NCBI GenBank assembly: GCA_963755915.1
Contig: CAVWLP010000002.1
Location: 3,776,001-3,840,000, forward strand
DNA: 64,000 bases
Reading direction: 5' to 3'
Source of the DNA: an uncultured Phycisphaerales bacterium
GTDB taxonomy: Bacteria > Planctomycetota > Phycisphaerae > Tepidisphaerales > Tepidisphaeraceae
Shown: positions 30,740 to 42,012 of the stretch, one piece after another
How the letters are laid out: the number at the start of each line of letters is the position of its first letter
Numbering within the stretch: position 1 is the first letter of the stretch
Translations under genes and position numbers: made by a program
The notes under the pieces: model-generated
The model's database searches: none
Told to the model about the DNA's origin: nothing
The model's input: only the letters and a program-made list of their open reading frames with translations

Positions 30740-32357
30740 GGTCGATGCCACTCTCTGCACGCGCCGCAAAGCGCGTGTTCGTTCCATTGTCCGTCCGCAT
30801 GATCGCGGCGCATTCCCGCCATCGCGCCGCTCCAAATCTCCGTGATCGAATTCTCTCCAATCCGCCCCAGCGCCTGCGTCCCCAGAAAATCCTGCTCGCA
30901 GGAAACGATACGCCCATCGCTCAGCACCGTCAGGCGCTTTGCGATCCGCACGCATCTGCCCCGGCGGGGGGGCTCCATCTGCACCAGCGACACTCTCCGG
31001 AATCTGCCCGCAATACCCCGACGACCCCACAATCACCGCGCACCCCAGCGTCCGCAGCCAATGGTCGTACCACCCTTCCATTTCCCCCAGCGTCGCCGCG
31101 GTCTTCACCATCGTCGGCACCACCAGCGGCGTCCCGCGCGCCCGTGCCTGCCGGCAATGCACCAGCCGCGTCAAGGTTCTCCATCGCGATCTTCAACCCG
31201 TCCACCCCCATCACCGCCTGATACGTCCTGGGCGTAATCGCCGGAATGTTGACCGACACGATATCGATCGGCAATTCTGCCAGGCGTTCGATCCCTGCTA
31301 CGTCTAGACCGATTAGATCCGTCTCAATCGCAATCGCGTCGATCCCAGCGCTCTGCGCCGCCTTCACGATTTGTGCAAACTCCGGATGCAAAACCGCGTC
31401 GCCCACGCCAGCGAAAACGATGCGAGCATCATCCGCCGCCCCAAATTCCTCGAAAATCTTCCTCGCCGTCTCCGCACTCAAATCCTCCCGCTCCACCCGC
31501 GAATGTCCCGCCGGCGAAAAAATCGGCCGCGTGTTCCGACGCGTCGTCAGCTCGACAACAATCTCCCGCGGCAGCGCCGACCTCTCCAGCGCCGCATCCA
31601 GCAGATGCAAAAATTGCTCCGCTTCCGTCGAGGGCAGCTCCCCATTCAGATGCACCGTCGCTCCCGCAATCCGCTCGATCTGCCGCGATGAATCCATCGT
31701 AAACCGATGACACGTCCGCCCCAGCGCCGTCGGAATCGGCGCGCACGTCGGCAGCGCGATCGGATCCCGCATCGGCAGATCGGGCCGATAGGCCAAAAGC
31801 GTCCCCGGATGCGACCCTCCCGCCGCAAGCTGCTCCACCAGCGACTTGCGCAGAACCACCCCGCTCAGTCCCGGCGCTGCCTGCGAAAAGCAAAGCTCCA
31901 CTTCCGCATTTGTCCGCGCATGCTCGATTACCGAATCAATTAGATCGGGATCAACCAGTCCCGCCGATGGATCGACAAGCAGAATCCCCTCCGCCTCATT
32001 CGCATTCAGAATCTCTCCAGCCCAGGCCCCATGAAACCCCCGGTCAAATTCGCAGGTCTGAAAGAGCCCCCCGCGCCATCCATCCGACCACCGCCGCGCC
32101 GCCGATACCGCGTCGAGGTGCGGAATCGTCTTTCGCACCCCCGGCGTATGCACCTTGCACTTCATCTCCGCCGCGATCGGCGCCACCGCCTGCGCCTGGT
32201 CTTCCCAGCACAAAATCACGCACTCCCGCACGTTCTTCGTCCTCCCCAGCCGAAACAGTGTCCATCCCAGCGGCGCTTCCCCGCGAAACTTTCGCGTGGC
32301 GCTGTCCGGCTTCCCCGCCGGCTCGTGCAGCATCGATAAAACCGCCACCAATTTCAC
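30736..32357 (-). CDS. Three-domain protein: cytidylyltransferase-like + degenerate radical SAM + SPASM (spiro-SPASM-like); frameshifts near 31170 and 30985
   Basis: ELTTRRNTRPIFSP in place of CxxxCxxC; FAGVGDAVLHP; C-terminal C..DGRIVSCEQD..LG..IW..CGAC. Confidence 0.75.
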
Positions 32358-34292
32358 GCCGCCACCCCCCGTCTTTCCGCTTCCTCGCGCAGTTGCTCGG
32401 CGATATCTCTCATCGAATCCACAAACGCCTTCGCCGCCAATCCCACCGCGCGGACGTTTTCGATATCCCGCTCCACCTGGAATTCCTGCCGCTTCGTTCC
32501 CTCCAGGCGGGCCGCAGCCAGCAGCCGGTCCTTCTCAAACCGTTTCATCTCCGTCTGCTGCGAATACTGCATCACCTGGTCGTACGTCCGTCCGAATCCA
32601 TCCATCCGCGTCCGCAGTTCGTCCACCCGCGCAATCAAGCGGTTCACCCGCGCCTGGTCCTCCAGGTGCTCCCGAATCTCCTCCAGCAGCGGCAGCGTCT
32701 GCTCGCTGATCTTCCCGATCTCCTCCGCCTCCCCCTTCCGCGCCAGCAAACACTCCCGGCAATCCTTCAAAACCTCCCATCGCGGTGCCGCCGCATCCGA
32801 CTCCACTTCCGGAAGCGGATCCTTGCAGAATCCCCCAATCGCCTCCGCCAGCGTCATCACTTTCGCCCCGCGTTTCAGCGCGCCCCCCTCCGTCGCATCG
32901 ATAATCCGCGATTTGCACTTCCCGAAATCCCGCTCAAACTGAAGCAGATATGTAAAGAGCCGTTCCTCCGTATACATCGGCCGGCCCTTGGTAATCTGGA
33001 ATCTTCCGCAGCAGATTCCGATCGCGCACGATCTGGTTCCACTGCATCATCTCCAGCGTGCAAAACCGCCCCAGCTCCGGCCGCCACACATCCTCGTAGC
33101 TCGTCCCCGGCGTATAGCAAAGCCCATCGCTGAATCCCAAATCCTGCCCCACGAAAATGATCGGATCGCACCCCAGAAATTCCGCCAGATAAAACGCCAG
33201 GTGCGCCACCGTTGCCCCGCCCGTCAGGCACGTCCGCCCCGGATTCATCTCCCGCAGCAATCCCTCGGCAAAGTCGTTCCCGATCAGGCTCACCGGCCCC
33301 GTCATCATCTCCAGCACTCGCGGCGTCGCCTTCGGCTCCGCGATCAGCTCCGTCCGAATCCGCGCCGGCAGCTTCTCAAAAAATCGCGTGCAGATCTCGT
33401 GATAATCCAGCGATGTCACGAAATGCGGCTCGCATCCCATCTCCAGCAGCGGCTGAAGCGTCGTCTGCACCGCGATTAACACCGCGTTCTTCTCCAGGCC
33501 TTTCAGCAAATGCTTGTTCTTCCGCAGCGACGGCCCCGCCGAAACGATCACCGCCGGCTTTCCCTTGAATCTGTCCCCCAGCCGGTTTATCCCTCCCGCC
33601 GCTGCATACCACCCGATGTTCCTCGCGATATTCCGCGCCGTCTGCTCGCTGTTCAGCAACAGCGTATTCATGTTCGTCCGGCAAAACGACGCATATTCCC
33701 CCAGCCATACCTTCACCTGATTGTGATACGCCTCATTCGCCTGCACGCTCGGCGGATGCTCGATCGTCTCCGTCCCGACCGACACCAGCGCCGTGTGCGG
33801 CGTCAACCTTCGAAAAAGCCCCGGCTTGTCCAATTCCCAGAACCACAGCAGCCGCCGGCTCGTAATCAATTTCGTAAGGTCGCGGCTCTCCAGCGCGGCG
33901 CGAATCACCCGAACGTCGGGCTCAAATATGCAGAAGATCGCCTCCTCGCTGGCGCTCTCAAACAAAACCTCGAGGTGATACCCCAGACCCAGACCCAGCA
34001 GATAAAACGCCGTCTTCTGCTCCGTCGAAATCGACTCGATCAGCCTCTGGGCCTCCGCGACCGGCTGGTAGCGGCTATGCAGATAAATATTCTTCCCCCC
34101 GGCTTCTACGCACACCGTCGCCAACCCCGACTTCGATTGCTCCACCCGGTGCCCCGTCCCCTCCAGCGCCGCCTCAATCTCCCGCGCCAGCGCCGGCTCC
34201 GTATCCCATAGCGCCGCCAGGTTCCCCACCAGCGGTGCGTCGGCGGGAATAATAAACCGCCGGGATGGTTCGGCCGCGCTCGTCATTGCCAT
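32354..34292 (-). CDS. maf: Motility-associated factor (Maf, DUF115/MptE-like) glycosyltransferase; frameshift near 32985
   Basis: LHSRYQP, LGLGLGYH, AVIVSAGPSL, GATVAH, GCDPIIFVGQDL, DATEGGA. Confidence 0.88.
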
Positions 34293-34367
34293 TCATTCGC
34301 TTGCGATCCATTAACTGCGCCTATAGCGTGTCCTGCCAGGTCGGTAGCCGCGGCGCAGTTGCCAATG

Positions 34368-34398
34368 TTTATCGGACGTTGCACACGTTATTGTTCAA
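34368..34398 (-). promoter_or_regulatory. Putative sigma28/FliA-like promoter of the maf-neu operon
   Basis: TTGAACAA-N12-CGTCCGATAAA on the minus strand; near-identical motif at 48366-48396. Confidence 0.6.
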
Positions 34399-34412
34399 TG
34401 ATTCCCCGGCAT

Positions 34413-34456
34413 TCCCCCCTCCCTTGGTACTCCGGGGGAGGGTTGGGGTGGGGGTC
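34413..34456. repeat. REP-like element (CCCTCCC..GGGAGGG family)
   Basis: CCCCCTCCCTTGGTACTCCGGGGGAGGGTTGGGGTGGGGGTC; relatives at 4676, 35704, 49747. Confidence 0.7.
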
Positions 34457-34513
34457 TTACAACTTTTCAAAGAGGATATCCGATCGTCCTGACCCGCTCG
34501 GTCCTTCTTCCCG

Positions 34514-35107
34514 ATGAACGACCTGCTTTTTCACACGTCCTGGTGGGTTCTGGCCTTCACGGCCCTTGGGGGAATCGCCCTGTTCCTCTTCGGCAACCGC
34601 CGCACCGACAAAGCCGTCATGCGCGTCGGCCTTGCCGTCGTCGCAATTGCCGTCCTTCTGGCCGGTCTGCGCTTTTTCTTCCCCACGCCCCGCGAACGCA
34701 TGGAAATCCGCACCAAGGCCATCGTCCGCGCCGTCGATCAGAAAGACTGGACCACCCTCAAATCTCTCCTCGACCCCAACACCATCATCTCCAACCGCGC
34801 CCGCACCCTGGTAGGGGGGGCCGATCTCATCGTCTCCACCGTCCAGTCCCAGTGCGATCGTTTCGGCGTCAAATCCGTCTCCGTCCTCGGCATCGACAGC
34901 CAGCAGATCGACACCACCGTCACCGTCGACGTCGAAGCCTACAGCACCCAGGACGCCACCCAGGACCGCCCCCAGACCAGCAGTTGGCAATTTGAATACG
35001 ACCAGGACGGCAACAACTGGATCCTCGAAAAAATCACCGTCCTCCGCATCGGCTCCCAGGACCTCACCAACTCCGACAGCCAAAACTTCAATCCAAGCGG
35101 GTATTAA
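34514..35107 (+). CDS. Hypothetical membrane protein, two TM helices plus a possible NTF2-like domain
   Basis: ORF with host-like codon usage; hydrophobic N-terminus. Confidence 0.75.
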   Translation: MNDLLFHTSWWVLAFTALGGIALFLFGNRRTDKAVMRVGLAVVAIAVLLAGLRFFFPTPRERMEIRTKAIVRAVDQKDWTTLKSLLDPNTIISNRARTLVGGADLIVSTVQSQCDRFGVKSVSVLGIDSQQIDTTVTVDVEAYSTQDATQDRPQTSSWQFEYDQDGNNWILEKITVLRIGSQDLTNSDSQNFNPSGY

Positions 35108-35182
35108 CATCCAAAGCCCCCGGATGGCCATTTGGAGGATTTCCTCGCAACGCGCAACTTCTCCCCCTACAATTCCACCGTC

Positions 35183-35425
35183 ATGAGCGACTTCGCCCCC
35201 CTAGGTCTCTCGCGGATCAGCCTCCCCATTCGCTCCGCCGACAAAACCGAACTTCTTGTCATCCAGCGCCGCCTCGACCGCATCTTCGAGCACACCGGCT
35301 TCACTCTCGACGACGTCGTCAACAACCCCGTCGCCAGAAACGCCGTCCTCGGATACTTTAAGCTCTCCCTCATGATCGACCGCCGAAGTGAAATCGTCGA
35401 TCTCGAGCGCCAATGGAACCCGTAA
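35183..35425 (+). CDS. Small hypothetical protein
   Basis: ORF 35132..35425; ATG 35183 follows TACAAT at 35168; overlaps the next gene start. Confidence 0.6.
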   Translation: MSDFAPLGLSRISLPIRSADKTELLVIQRRLDRIFEHTGFTLDDVVNNPVARNAVLGYFKLSLMIDRRSEIVDLERQWNP

Positions 35426-36606
35426 AAAAATCCCCCGCGGCGATCACCGGCATCGGCCTGGTTACCGTCCTGGGCCAATCCGCCGACGAAACTTTCGCGG
35501 CCCTCATGGCCGGCCGCTCCATCTCCGACCACTCCAAAATCCCCGGCTTCACCGGCCCTCTCCGCATCCTCCCCATGGCCCACCGCGCCGCCGCCGAAGC
35601 CCTCTCCCACGCCCGCTGGCCCCTATCCCTCTGCGCCAGCCCCGACACCGCCCTGATCGTCGGCACCAGCAAAGGCACCATCGAATCCTGGTTTTCTCCC
35701 TCCGCCCCCTCTCCCAGTACTCTGGGAGAGGGTCGGGATGAGGGCCTGAAAAAATCTGACCAATCAAGCAAATCAAAAACCCTTAGCGACACCTTCAATT
35801 TCAACAATGCCTCCCCTCACGATTTCTCCGGCCTCTCCGAGCTCGCTCACTCCCTCGCCCAAAAATTCCATCTCGGCCTCGGCCCGCGCCTCACCATTTC
35901 CTCCGCCTGCTCCAGCGGCCTACACGCCCTCGCCCGCGCCGTCCTCGCCATCGAGTCCGGCGAAGCCCGCCGCGCTCTCGTCGTCGCCGCCGACGCCTCC
36001 GTCCATCCTCTCTTCATCTCCAGCTTCAAACGCCTCGGCATCCTCGCTCCCGAAGGTCACGGCTGCCGCCCCTTCGACCTCAACCGCGCCGGCTTCATCA
36101 TCTCCGAAGCCGCCGCCGCCCTCTGCCTCGAATCTCTCGACCACGCCACCGCACCACCTCTGGTAAAAATCGCCGCCTGGTCCCTCGCCTCGGACGCCGC
36201 CCACCTCACCGGCTGCGACCCCCACGCCCTCGCCCTCAAAAAAATGCTCCAACGCATCGCCCCCCTCGACCTCGACCTGATCCATGCCCACGCCACCGGC
36301 ACCCACCTCAACGACCCCGTCGAACTCTCCGCCCTCTCCGCCCTGCATTTCAATTCCCACCCCATCCTCTATTCCCACAAAGCCGCCCTGGGTCACTCCC
36401 TCGGCGCCGCGGGCCTCCTTTCCGCCGTCATCAACTGCCTCTGCCACGTCCACGGTAAAGTCCCCGCCAACCCGCGCACCCCAAACCCCCTCCCCACACC
36501 AACCCTCCGCTTCCCGCGCGAGCCTCTCAATTACCCCATCCGCAAAAGTCTCGCCCTCGCCGCTGGCTTCGCCGGCCCCCTCGCCGCCGTCCTGCTCGCC
36601 AGCTAA
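35413..36606 (+). CDS. Beta-ketoacyl-ACP synthase (FabF-like)
   Basis: ITGIG, SACSSGL (Cys), RPFD..R.GF, HAHATGT, KAALGHSLGAAG. Confidence 0.88.
   Translation: MEPVKKSPAAITGIGLVTVLGQSADETFAALMAGRSISDHSKIPGFTGPLRILPMAHRAAAEALSHARWPLSLCASPDTALIVGTSKGTIESWFSPSAPSPSTLGEGRDEGLKKSDQSSKSKTLSDTFNFNNASPHDFSGLSELAHSLAQKFHLGLGPRLTISSACSSGLHALARAVLAIESGEARRALVVAADASVHPLFISSFKRLGILAPEGHGCRPFDLNRAGFIISEAAAALCLESLDHATAPPLVKIAAWSLASDAAHLTGCDPHALALKKMLQRIAPLDLDLIHAHATGTHLNDPVELSALSALHFNSHPILYSHKAALGHSLGAAGLLSAVINCLCHVHGKVPANPRTPNPLPTPTLRFPREPLNYPIRKSLALAAGFAGPLAAVLLAS
35704..35745. repeat. REP-like element inside the ketoacyl synthase ORF
   Basis: CCCTCTCCCAG-TACT-CTGGGAGAGGG-TCGGGATGAGGGC. Confidence 0.75.
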
Positions 36607-36610
36607 CTTT

Positions 36611-36668
36611 CTTTTCGAGTTTTGAATTTCGAATTTTGAATTTGATTCGAGTTTCGAGTTTCGAATTT
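36611..36668. repeat. Degenerate heptamer tandem repeat (TTTCGAG/TTTTGAA/TTTCGAA)
   Basis: Directly visible between convergent genes. Confidence 0.7.
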
Positions 36669-36706
36669 ATCTTCGCCCGTTTTCCATTGCTGCCCCATTC
36701 CACTTC

Positions 36707-36940
36707 CTACCGTCTCGATCTTTTCGCGCGACCCGCGATCTTCCTCAAAGCTGATCCCTTGTGTATCGCAATATGATCCGTTCTGTCGCTCTTGATCAGA
36801 TACTGCGGATCATCGACCGTCGCGTGGTGAACATATCCCTTGAATGCGGTATCAGACGTCACCTTCCGAATGATCGTTCCGCTGACCCGGCCCGCTTCGG
36901 AATTCCAGGACACATGATCGCCGAGATCGAATGCCTTCAT
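36707..36940 (-). CDS. DUF2945/Hva1 TUDOR-like small protein
   Basis: GDHVSWNSEAGRVSG..DPQYLIKSDRTDH..HK..AL. Confidence 0.8.
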   Translation of the reverse strand: MKAFDLGDHVSWNSEAGRVSGTIIRKVTSDTAFKGYVHHATVDDPQYLIKSDRTDHIAIHKGSALRKIAGRAKRSRR

Positions 36941-37143
36941 AATCACACGCCATGGTCAGTAGGCGCAGTATTCACCATAGCAGCGCCTCACAATCAGGTG
37001 AACAAAAAGCCAATACAATCAAAATCACCAAACGAGGTCAAAGAATGACATTTCCTCGCAAAATCGCTATCCCAAACTGCCCATTATACCCAGTTTGTTG
37101 CGGAGTGTTACCTTTTGTACCGCACTGTCCAAACCAGAATTTA

Positions 37144-37755
37144 TTAATGATCAAAGCGCGGAATGAATCGCCCGGTGATTTTGCAATAGTCGACGTAGAC
37201 TGAACCGTGCACGCCCGAAAGATATTTCTCCTCGCGCCGAGCTTCCAACTGCAGCAGCACCAGGTGCGCAACCGCGACCGCAATCATCAGCGGCGAAGGC
37301 GCCGCCGCCGCCGTCGCCACCATCAGCACCGACGAAAGCGCATAAATCGGATGCCGTACATACGCAAACGGCCCAGTGACGACCAGCGGATTCTTCTCAT
37401 CCGGATCGATCCCCATCCGCCACGAAGTCCCCATCTTCTTCCAGCAGATTAACGTCAGCACAAACGCCACCACCGCCACCGCCAAAGCCGACCAAGAAAG
37501 AGCCGGTGACCCGATCAAGGGCCTCATCACCCACGGCCGACTGCAGGGCAGAGCCGTCGACAGCGGTATCGCAATCCAAAGAAACACAACCGGAAACCAG
37601 ACGAACCGGGTAATCATCCCCACTCTCCCCCGCGGCACAACGTTTGCCGGGTGCCCCGTCCGCCGCCGGATCTTGCGGGCGAGATGCACCACTCGCAGCC
37701 AGTACATGCCGACGAGAATTCCGATCAGAACCGCCGGGAGGTTTTGGAACATCAT
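37144..37755 (-). CDS. Isoprenylcysteine carboxylmethyltransferase/PEMT-family membrane protein
   Basis: MGTSWR, LVVTGPFAYVRHPIY, EEKYL..Y..Y..RFIP. Confidence 0.85.
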   Translation of the reverse strand: MMFQNLPAVLIGILVGMYWLRVVHLARKIRRRTGHPANVVPRGRVGMITRFVWFPVVFLWIAIPLSTALPCSRPWVMRPLIGSPALSWSALAVAVVAFVLTLICWKKMGTSWRMGIDPDEKNPLVVTGPFAYVRHPIYALSSVLMVATAAAAPSPLMIAVAVAHLVLLQLEARREEKYLSGVHGSVYVDYCKITGRFIPRFDH

Positions 37756-38531
37756 GCTCTGGGAAGAATAGTAACCATTCCCGCGATGATCGGCAGAACT
37801 TTCCCCCGCTGACGGATCAGCAGCCTCCCCGTGTTGTCGATCCCTTCGCATCGCCCGCTCACCACCGGCTCATGATGATTGGCGGCCACACTGACCATCT
37901 TCCCCGCCAGCGCGTCGTGGCGCGAATATTCCCGCGCGAACGCCGAAAACGGCAACTCCATCCGCCGCCGAACCGTCAAATGCAGTTGCCGCGACACCGA
38001 GATCAAAACATCCGTCATATCAAATCGTTTGCCGGCGATCTGCATGAGCGAGCTAATCCGCTCGCGAAGATTTCGCGGCGCCTCCGCCGGATCGACATTG
38101 ACATTCAGCCCAATGCCGACGAGATCGACATTGCTGACCCGCTCGCATAGCAGCCCCGCGAGTTTGCGACCATCAAGCAGCAAATCGTTCGGCCATTTAA
38201 GCTGAACGCGATCATGGCCCGTAAGCTGCACCGCCGCCTCCCGCAGTGCCAGGCCCGCGATGAGCGGAAGCTGCTGCGGAGGAAGTCGTTCGTGGATCGG
38301 CAGGGCGAAGGTAACGGTAAGAACCGCCGGATTCGACCACCATGTATTAGCGCCGCGCCCCCGGCCGGCAATTTGGCGGCCGGTGAGGACCGCGGCCGGA
38401 GCGTAGAGATCGCCCGATTTTCGCAGTCGCGCCGCATGGTCGCTGGTGCTGCGCAAGCGAGGAAAAAAGTAGAGGCGGAACGGTTTGATCGCGGGCCGAA
38501 GGCGGGGGAGGTTGAATATCGGCTCGGCCAT
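37752..38531 (-). CDS. birA: Biotin--protein ligase
   Basis: STSD, QIAGRGRGANTW, LKWPND, KLAGLL, GIGLNV; directly downstream of pyc. Confidence 0.92.
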   Translation of the reverse strand: MAEPIFNLPRLRPAIKPFRLYFFPRLRSTSDHAARLRKSGDLYAPAAVLTGRQIAGRGRGANTWWSNPAVLTVTFALPIHERLPPQQLPLIAGLALREAAVQLTGHDRVQLKWPNDLLLDGRKLAGLLCERVSNVDLVGIGLNVNVDPAEAPRNLRERISSLMQIAGKRFDMTDVLISVSRQLHLTVRRRMELPFSAFAREYSRHDALAGKMVSVAANHHEPVVSGRCEGIDNTGRLLIRQRGKVLPIIAGMVTILPRA

Positions 38532-38556
38532 CGCAGCGGGGGGCTACGCGAGATTC

Positions 38557-41500
38557 TCACCCTTCCAGCACAATTAGCAAATCCCCGGCGCCCACGATCG
38601 CCCCCGCCTTCACGAGCACGTCGCCCACGCTGGCGTCGCGCGGACAGTAGACGGCCGTTTCCATCTTCATCGCCTCGATGGAAAGCAGCCGCTCGCCGGA
38701 CTTCACCTGCTGCCCCTTGGCGACGGCGACATTGGAAATCTTGCCCGGCATCGGCGCCGCCACGTGATTCGGGTTGTCCGGGTCCGCCTTGGGATGGCGC
38801 GGCATCTTGGCTTCGCCGGATCGGTCGATAACGACCACTTCGCGCGGCTGGCCGTTCAATTCGAAAAAGACGGTCCGGCTCCCATCGTCGCGGACAGCAC
38901 CGCTGGTGAGATACTTGATGATCAGGGTCTTTCCCGGCTCGATTTCGACGGAAATCTCCTCGCCGCTCTGCAATCCGTAGAAAAAGGCGGACGTGGGCAG
39001 GACGGATGTATCGTCATAAGCGCGAACGTGCTTTTGGAAATCGGTGAAGACCTGCGGATAAAGCAAGTAAGAGAGGACATCCACATCCCGCACATCGCCC
39101 GCGACCTTACCTTCAAGGTCCTTGCGCGTTTTGTCGAAATCCGCCTTGGGAAGTTTGGCGCCCGGCCGGCCTTTGATGGCTTTGGCGCTGGCGCTGTCGA
39201 GGATGATCTTCTGGAGAACCTTGGGCCAGCCGCCTTCGGGAAATCCGATGGCCCCCTGCATCATTTCCACGACGCTCTTTGGGAAGTGCAGTTTTTTGGA
39301 GGGGTTCAGGACGTCCATGGCGGTGAGGCCGTTGGTGACCATGAACAGCGCCATATCGCCGACGACTTTGCTGGAGGGGGTGACTTTCACGATGTCGCCG
39401 AAGATTTCGTTGACCTGGGCGTACATGTCGGCGATTTCGTTCCAGCGGTTTTCCAGGCCCAGGCTCTTGGCCTGCTGGCGGAGATTGGTGTACTGCCCGC
39501 CGGGCATTTCATGGTGATAGACATGCGCTGACCCGGCCTTGAGGTCTTCCTCGAAGGGGTAGTACTGTTCGCGCACCGCTTCCCAGTAATCAGCCAGGCC
39601 GTTCAGCGCGTCGAGATTCAGCTCGGAATCGCGCGGTGTGTTCTGAAGCGACGCCACGAGGGAATTGAGGTTCGGCTGGCTGGTCATGCCGCTCATGCTG
39701 GCGATGGCGGCGTCGACGATATCGACGCCGGCATCGCAGGCGCGCAGGATGCTCCCCGCGTTGATGCCGCTGGTGTCGTGAGTGTGGAAGTGAATCGGGA
39801 CATCGACTTCCTCTCGCAGCGCTTTGACCAGCGCATAGGCGGCGTAGGGTTTGCACAGGCCCGCCATGTCCTTGATCGCGAGAATGTGCGTTCCCATGCG
39901 CACCAGTTCCTTGGCCATCTTCACGTAATATTTGAGACTGTATTTGCTGCGCGGGGTTGAGGATGTCGCCCGTGTAGCAGATGGCCGCTTCGCAAAGCGA
40001 CGAGGTCTTATCGCGAACCGCCTCGATCGCGACCTTCATGTTTTCGGTCCAGTTCAGCGAGTCGAAAATTCGGAAGACATCGATGCCGTGTTCGGCGGAG
40101 CGGACGACGAACTCGCGGACGACGTTGTCGGGATAGTTGGTGTATCCGACCGCGTTGCTGGCGCGCAGGAGCATCTGAAAGAGAAGATTCGGGACTTTCG
40201 CGCGCAGCTCGCCGAGGCGATCCCACGGGTCTTCCTGGAGGAAGCGCATGGCAGTGTCGAAGGTGGCGCCGCCCCACATTTCCATGCTGAAAAGCTGCGG
40301 CGCCAGATGCGCGGTCGCCGATGCGACGGCCAGAAGATCGTAGCTGCGTACCCGCGTCGCGAGCAGCGACTGGTGTGCGTCGCGGAAGGTGGTGTCCGTG
40401 AAAAAGAGGCGTTTTTGCTTGCACACCCACTGGGCGAATTTTTCCGGGCCAAGCTCGACCAGCTTTTGGCGGGTGCCGGAAGCAGGGGGCTGGCCTTTGG
40501 GATATTCGGGGACGACCGGCTCGGTAAACTCTCGCTTGGGATCGACTTTTCCTTTGACGTCAGAGCGGCCGTTGATGATCACCTCCGCGATGATAGCTGA
40601 GCAGTTTTGTCGCGCGGTCGCGCTTGGTGCGGAAGCGGAAAAGCTCCGGGGTTTCGTCGATGAACGTGGTGGTGGCGTCGCCCTTGATGAAGGTGGGGTG
40701 CTCGATGAGGTTTTCGAGGAAGGGGATGTTGGTCTTTACGCCGCGGACGCGGAATTCGCTCAGCGAGCGCGTCATGCGGTGGACGGCTTCGTCGAAGGTG
40801 AGGCCCGAGGCGATGAGCTTCACCAGCAGCGAATCGAAATACGGGGTGATGACCGCGCCGCTGAAGGCGGTGCCGCCGTCGAGGCGGATGCCGAAGCCGG
40901 CGGCGGAGCGATAGGTCGTCAGCCTGCCGTAATCGGGAATGAAATGATTCTGTGGATCTTCGGTGGTGATCCGGCACTGGATGGCGTAGCCGCGCGGCTC
41001 GATTTTGTCCTGCGCGGGGATGTTGATCGGCGGCTCGTGGAGCTGATGGCCTTGGGCGACGAGGATCTGGGTTTTGACGATATCGAATCCGGTGACGACT
41101 TCGGTGACCGTGTGCTCGACCTGGATGCGGGGGTTGACCTCAATGAAATAGAATTCGTTGCGGTCCAGATCGAGAAGGAATTCGACGGTACCGGCGTTGC
41201 GATATCCCGCCGCGGCGCACAGACGCACGGCGGACTGGCAAATGCTTTCGCGGACGCTGCGCGGAAGGTTGATGCTGGGGGCGACTTCGACGACTTTCTG
41301 GTGGCGGCGCTGGACGGAGCAGTCGCGCTCCCAGAGGTGGACGATGTTGCCGTGATGGTCGGCGAGGATCTGGACTTCGATGTGCTTGGCGCGGCGGACG
41401 TAGCGTTCGAGGAAGACGTCGGCGCGGCCGAAGGCGCCGCCGGCTTCGCGCTGGGCATTCTTCAAGCTTGGACATGAGCTCGTCGGCCTTGTTGACGACG

Positions 41501-42012
41501 CGCATGCCGCGGCCACCGCCGCCGAAGCTGGCTTTGATGATCAGGGGGAATCCGATGTCCTTGGCGGCAGCGCGGATTTCGGCGGGGTCGGTGAGGGCTT
41601 CATCCGTGCCGGGGACGGTGGGGACGTTGGTTTCGTTGGCGAGGCGCTTGGCGGCGGTTTTGTCGCCGAAGGTTTCGAGAAGTTCTGGGGTGGGGCCGAC
41701 GAAGATGATGTCGTTGTCGATGCAGGCCTGGGCGAGGTTGGCGTTTTCGGAGAGGAAACCGTAGCCGGGGTGGATGGCGTCAACGCCGCTGGCCTTGGCG
41801 ACGTCGATGAGGCCCTGGATGTTGAGGTAGCCTTTGACGGGTTCGCCGCCGTGGAGGGGGCCGATCTGGTAGGCTTCATCTGCCTTGAAGCGATGAAGCG
41901 AAAACCGGTCTTCGTAGGTGAAAACGGCAACGGTGGAGAGGCCGAGTTCGGTGGCCGCTCGAAAAACACGTATGGCGATTTCGCTCCTGTTGGCGACGAG
42001 GAGTTTTTGCAT
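38557..42012 (-). CDS. pyc: Pyruvate carboxylase (frameshifts near 41465, 40590, 39950)
   Basis: ANRSEIAIR, GGGGRG, ERDCSVQRRHQK, RDAHQSL, HFHTHDT, EAMKME biotinyl motif across four ORF fragments. Confidence 0.95.

Noticed and set aside
38557-42012. Programmed frameshifting or split subunits in pyc (and in xerC, pdhC)
   Set aside because: Breaks fall inside conserved domains and similar breaks occur window-wide, which fits sequencing error
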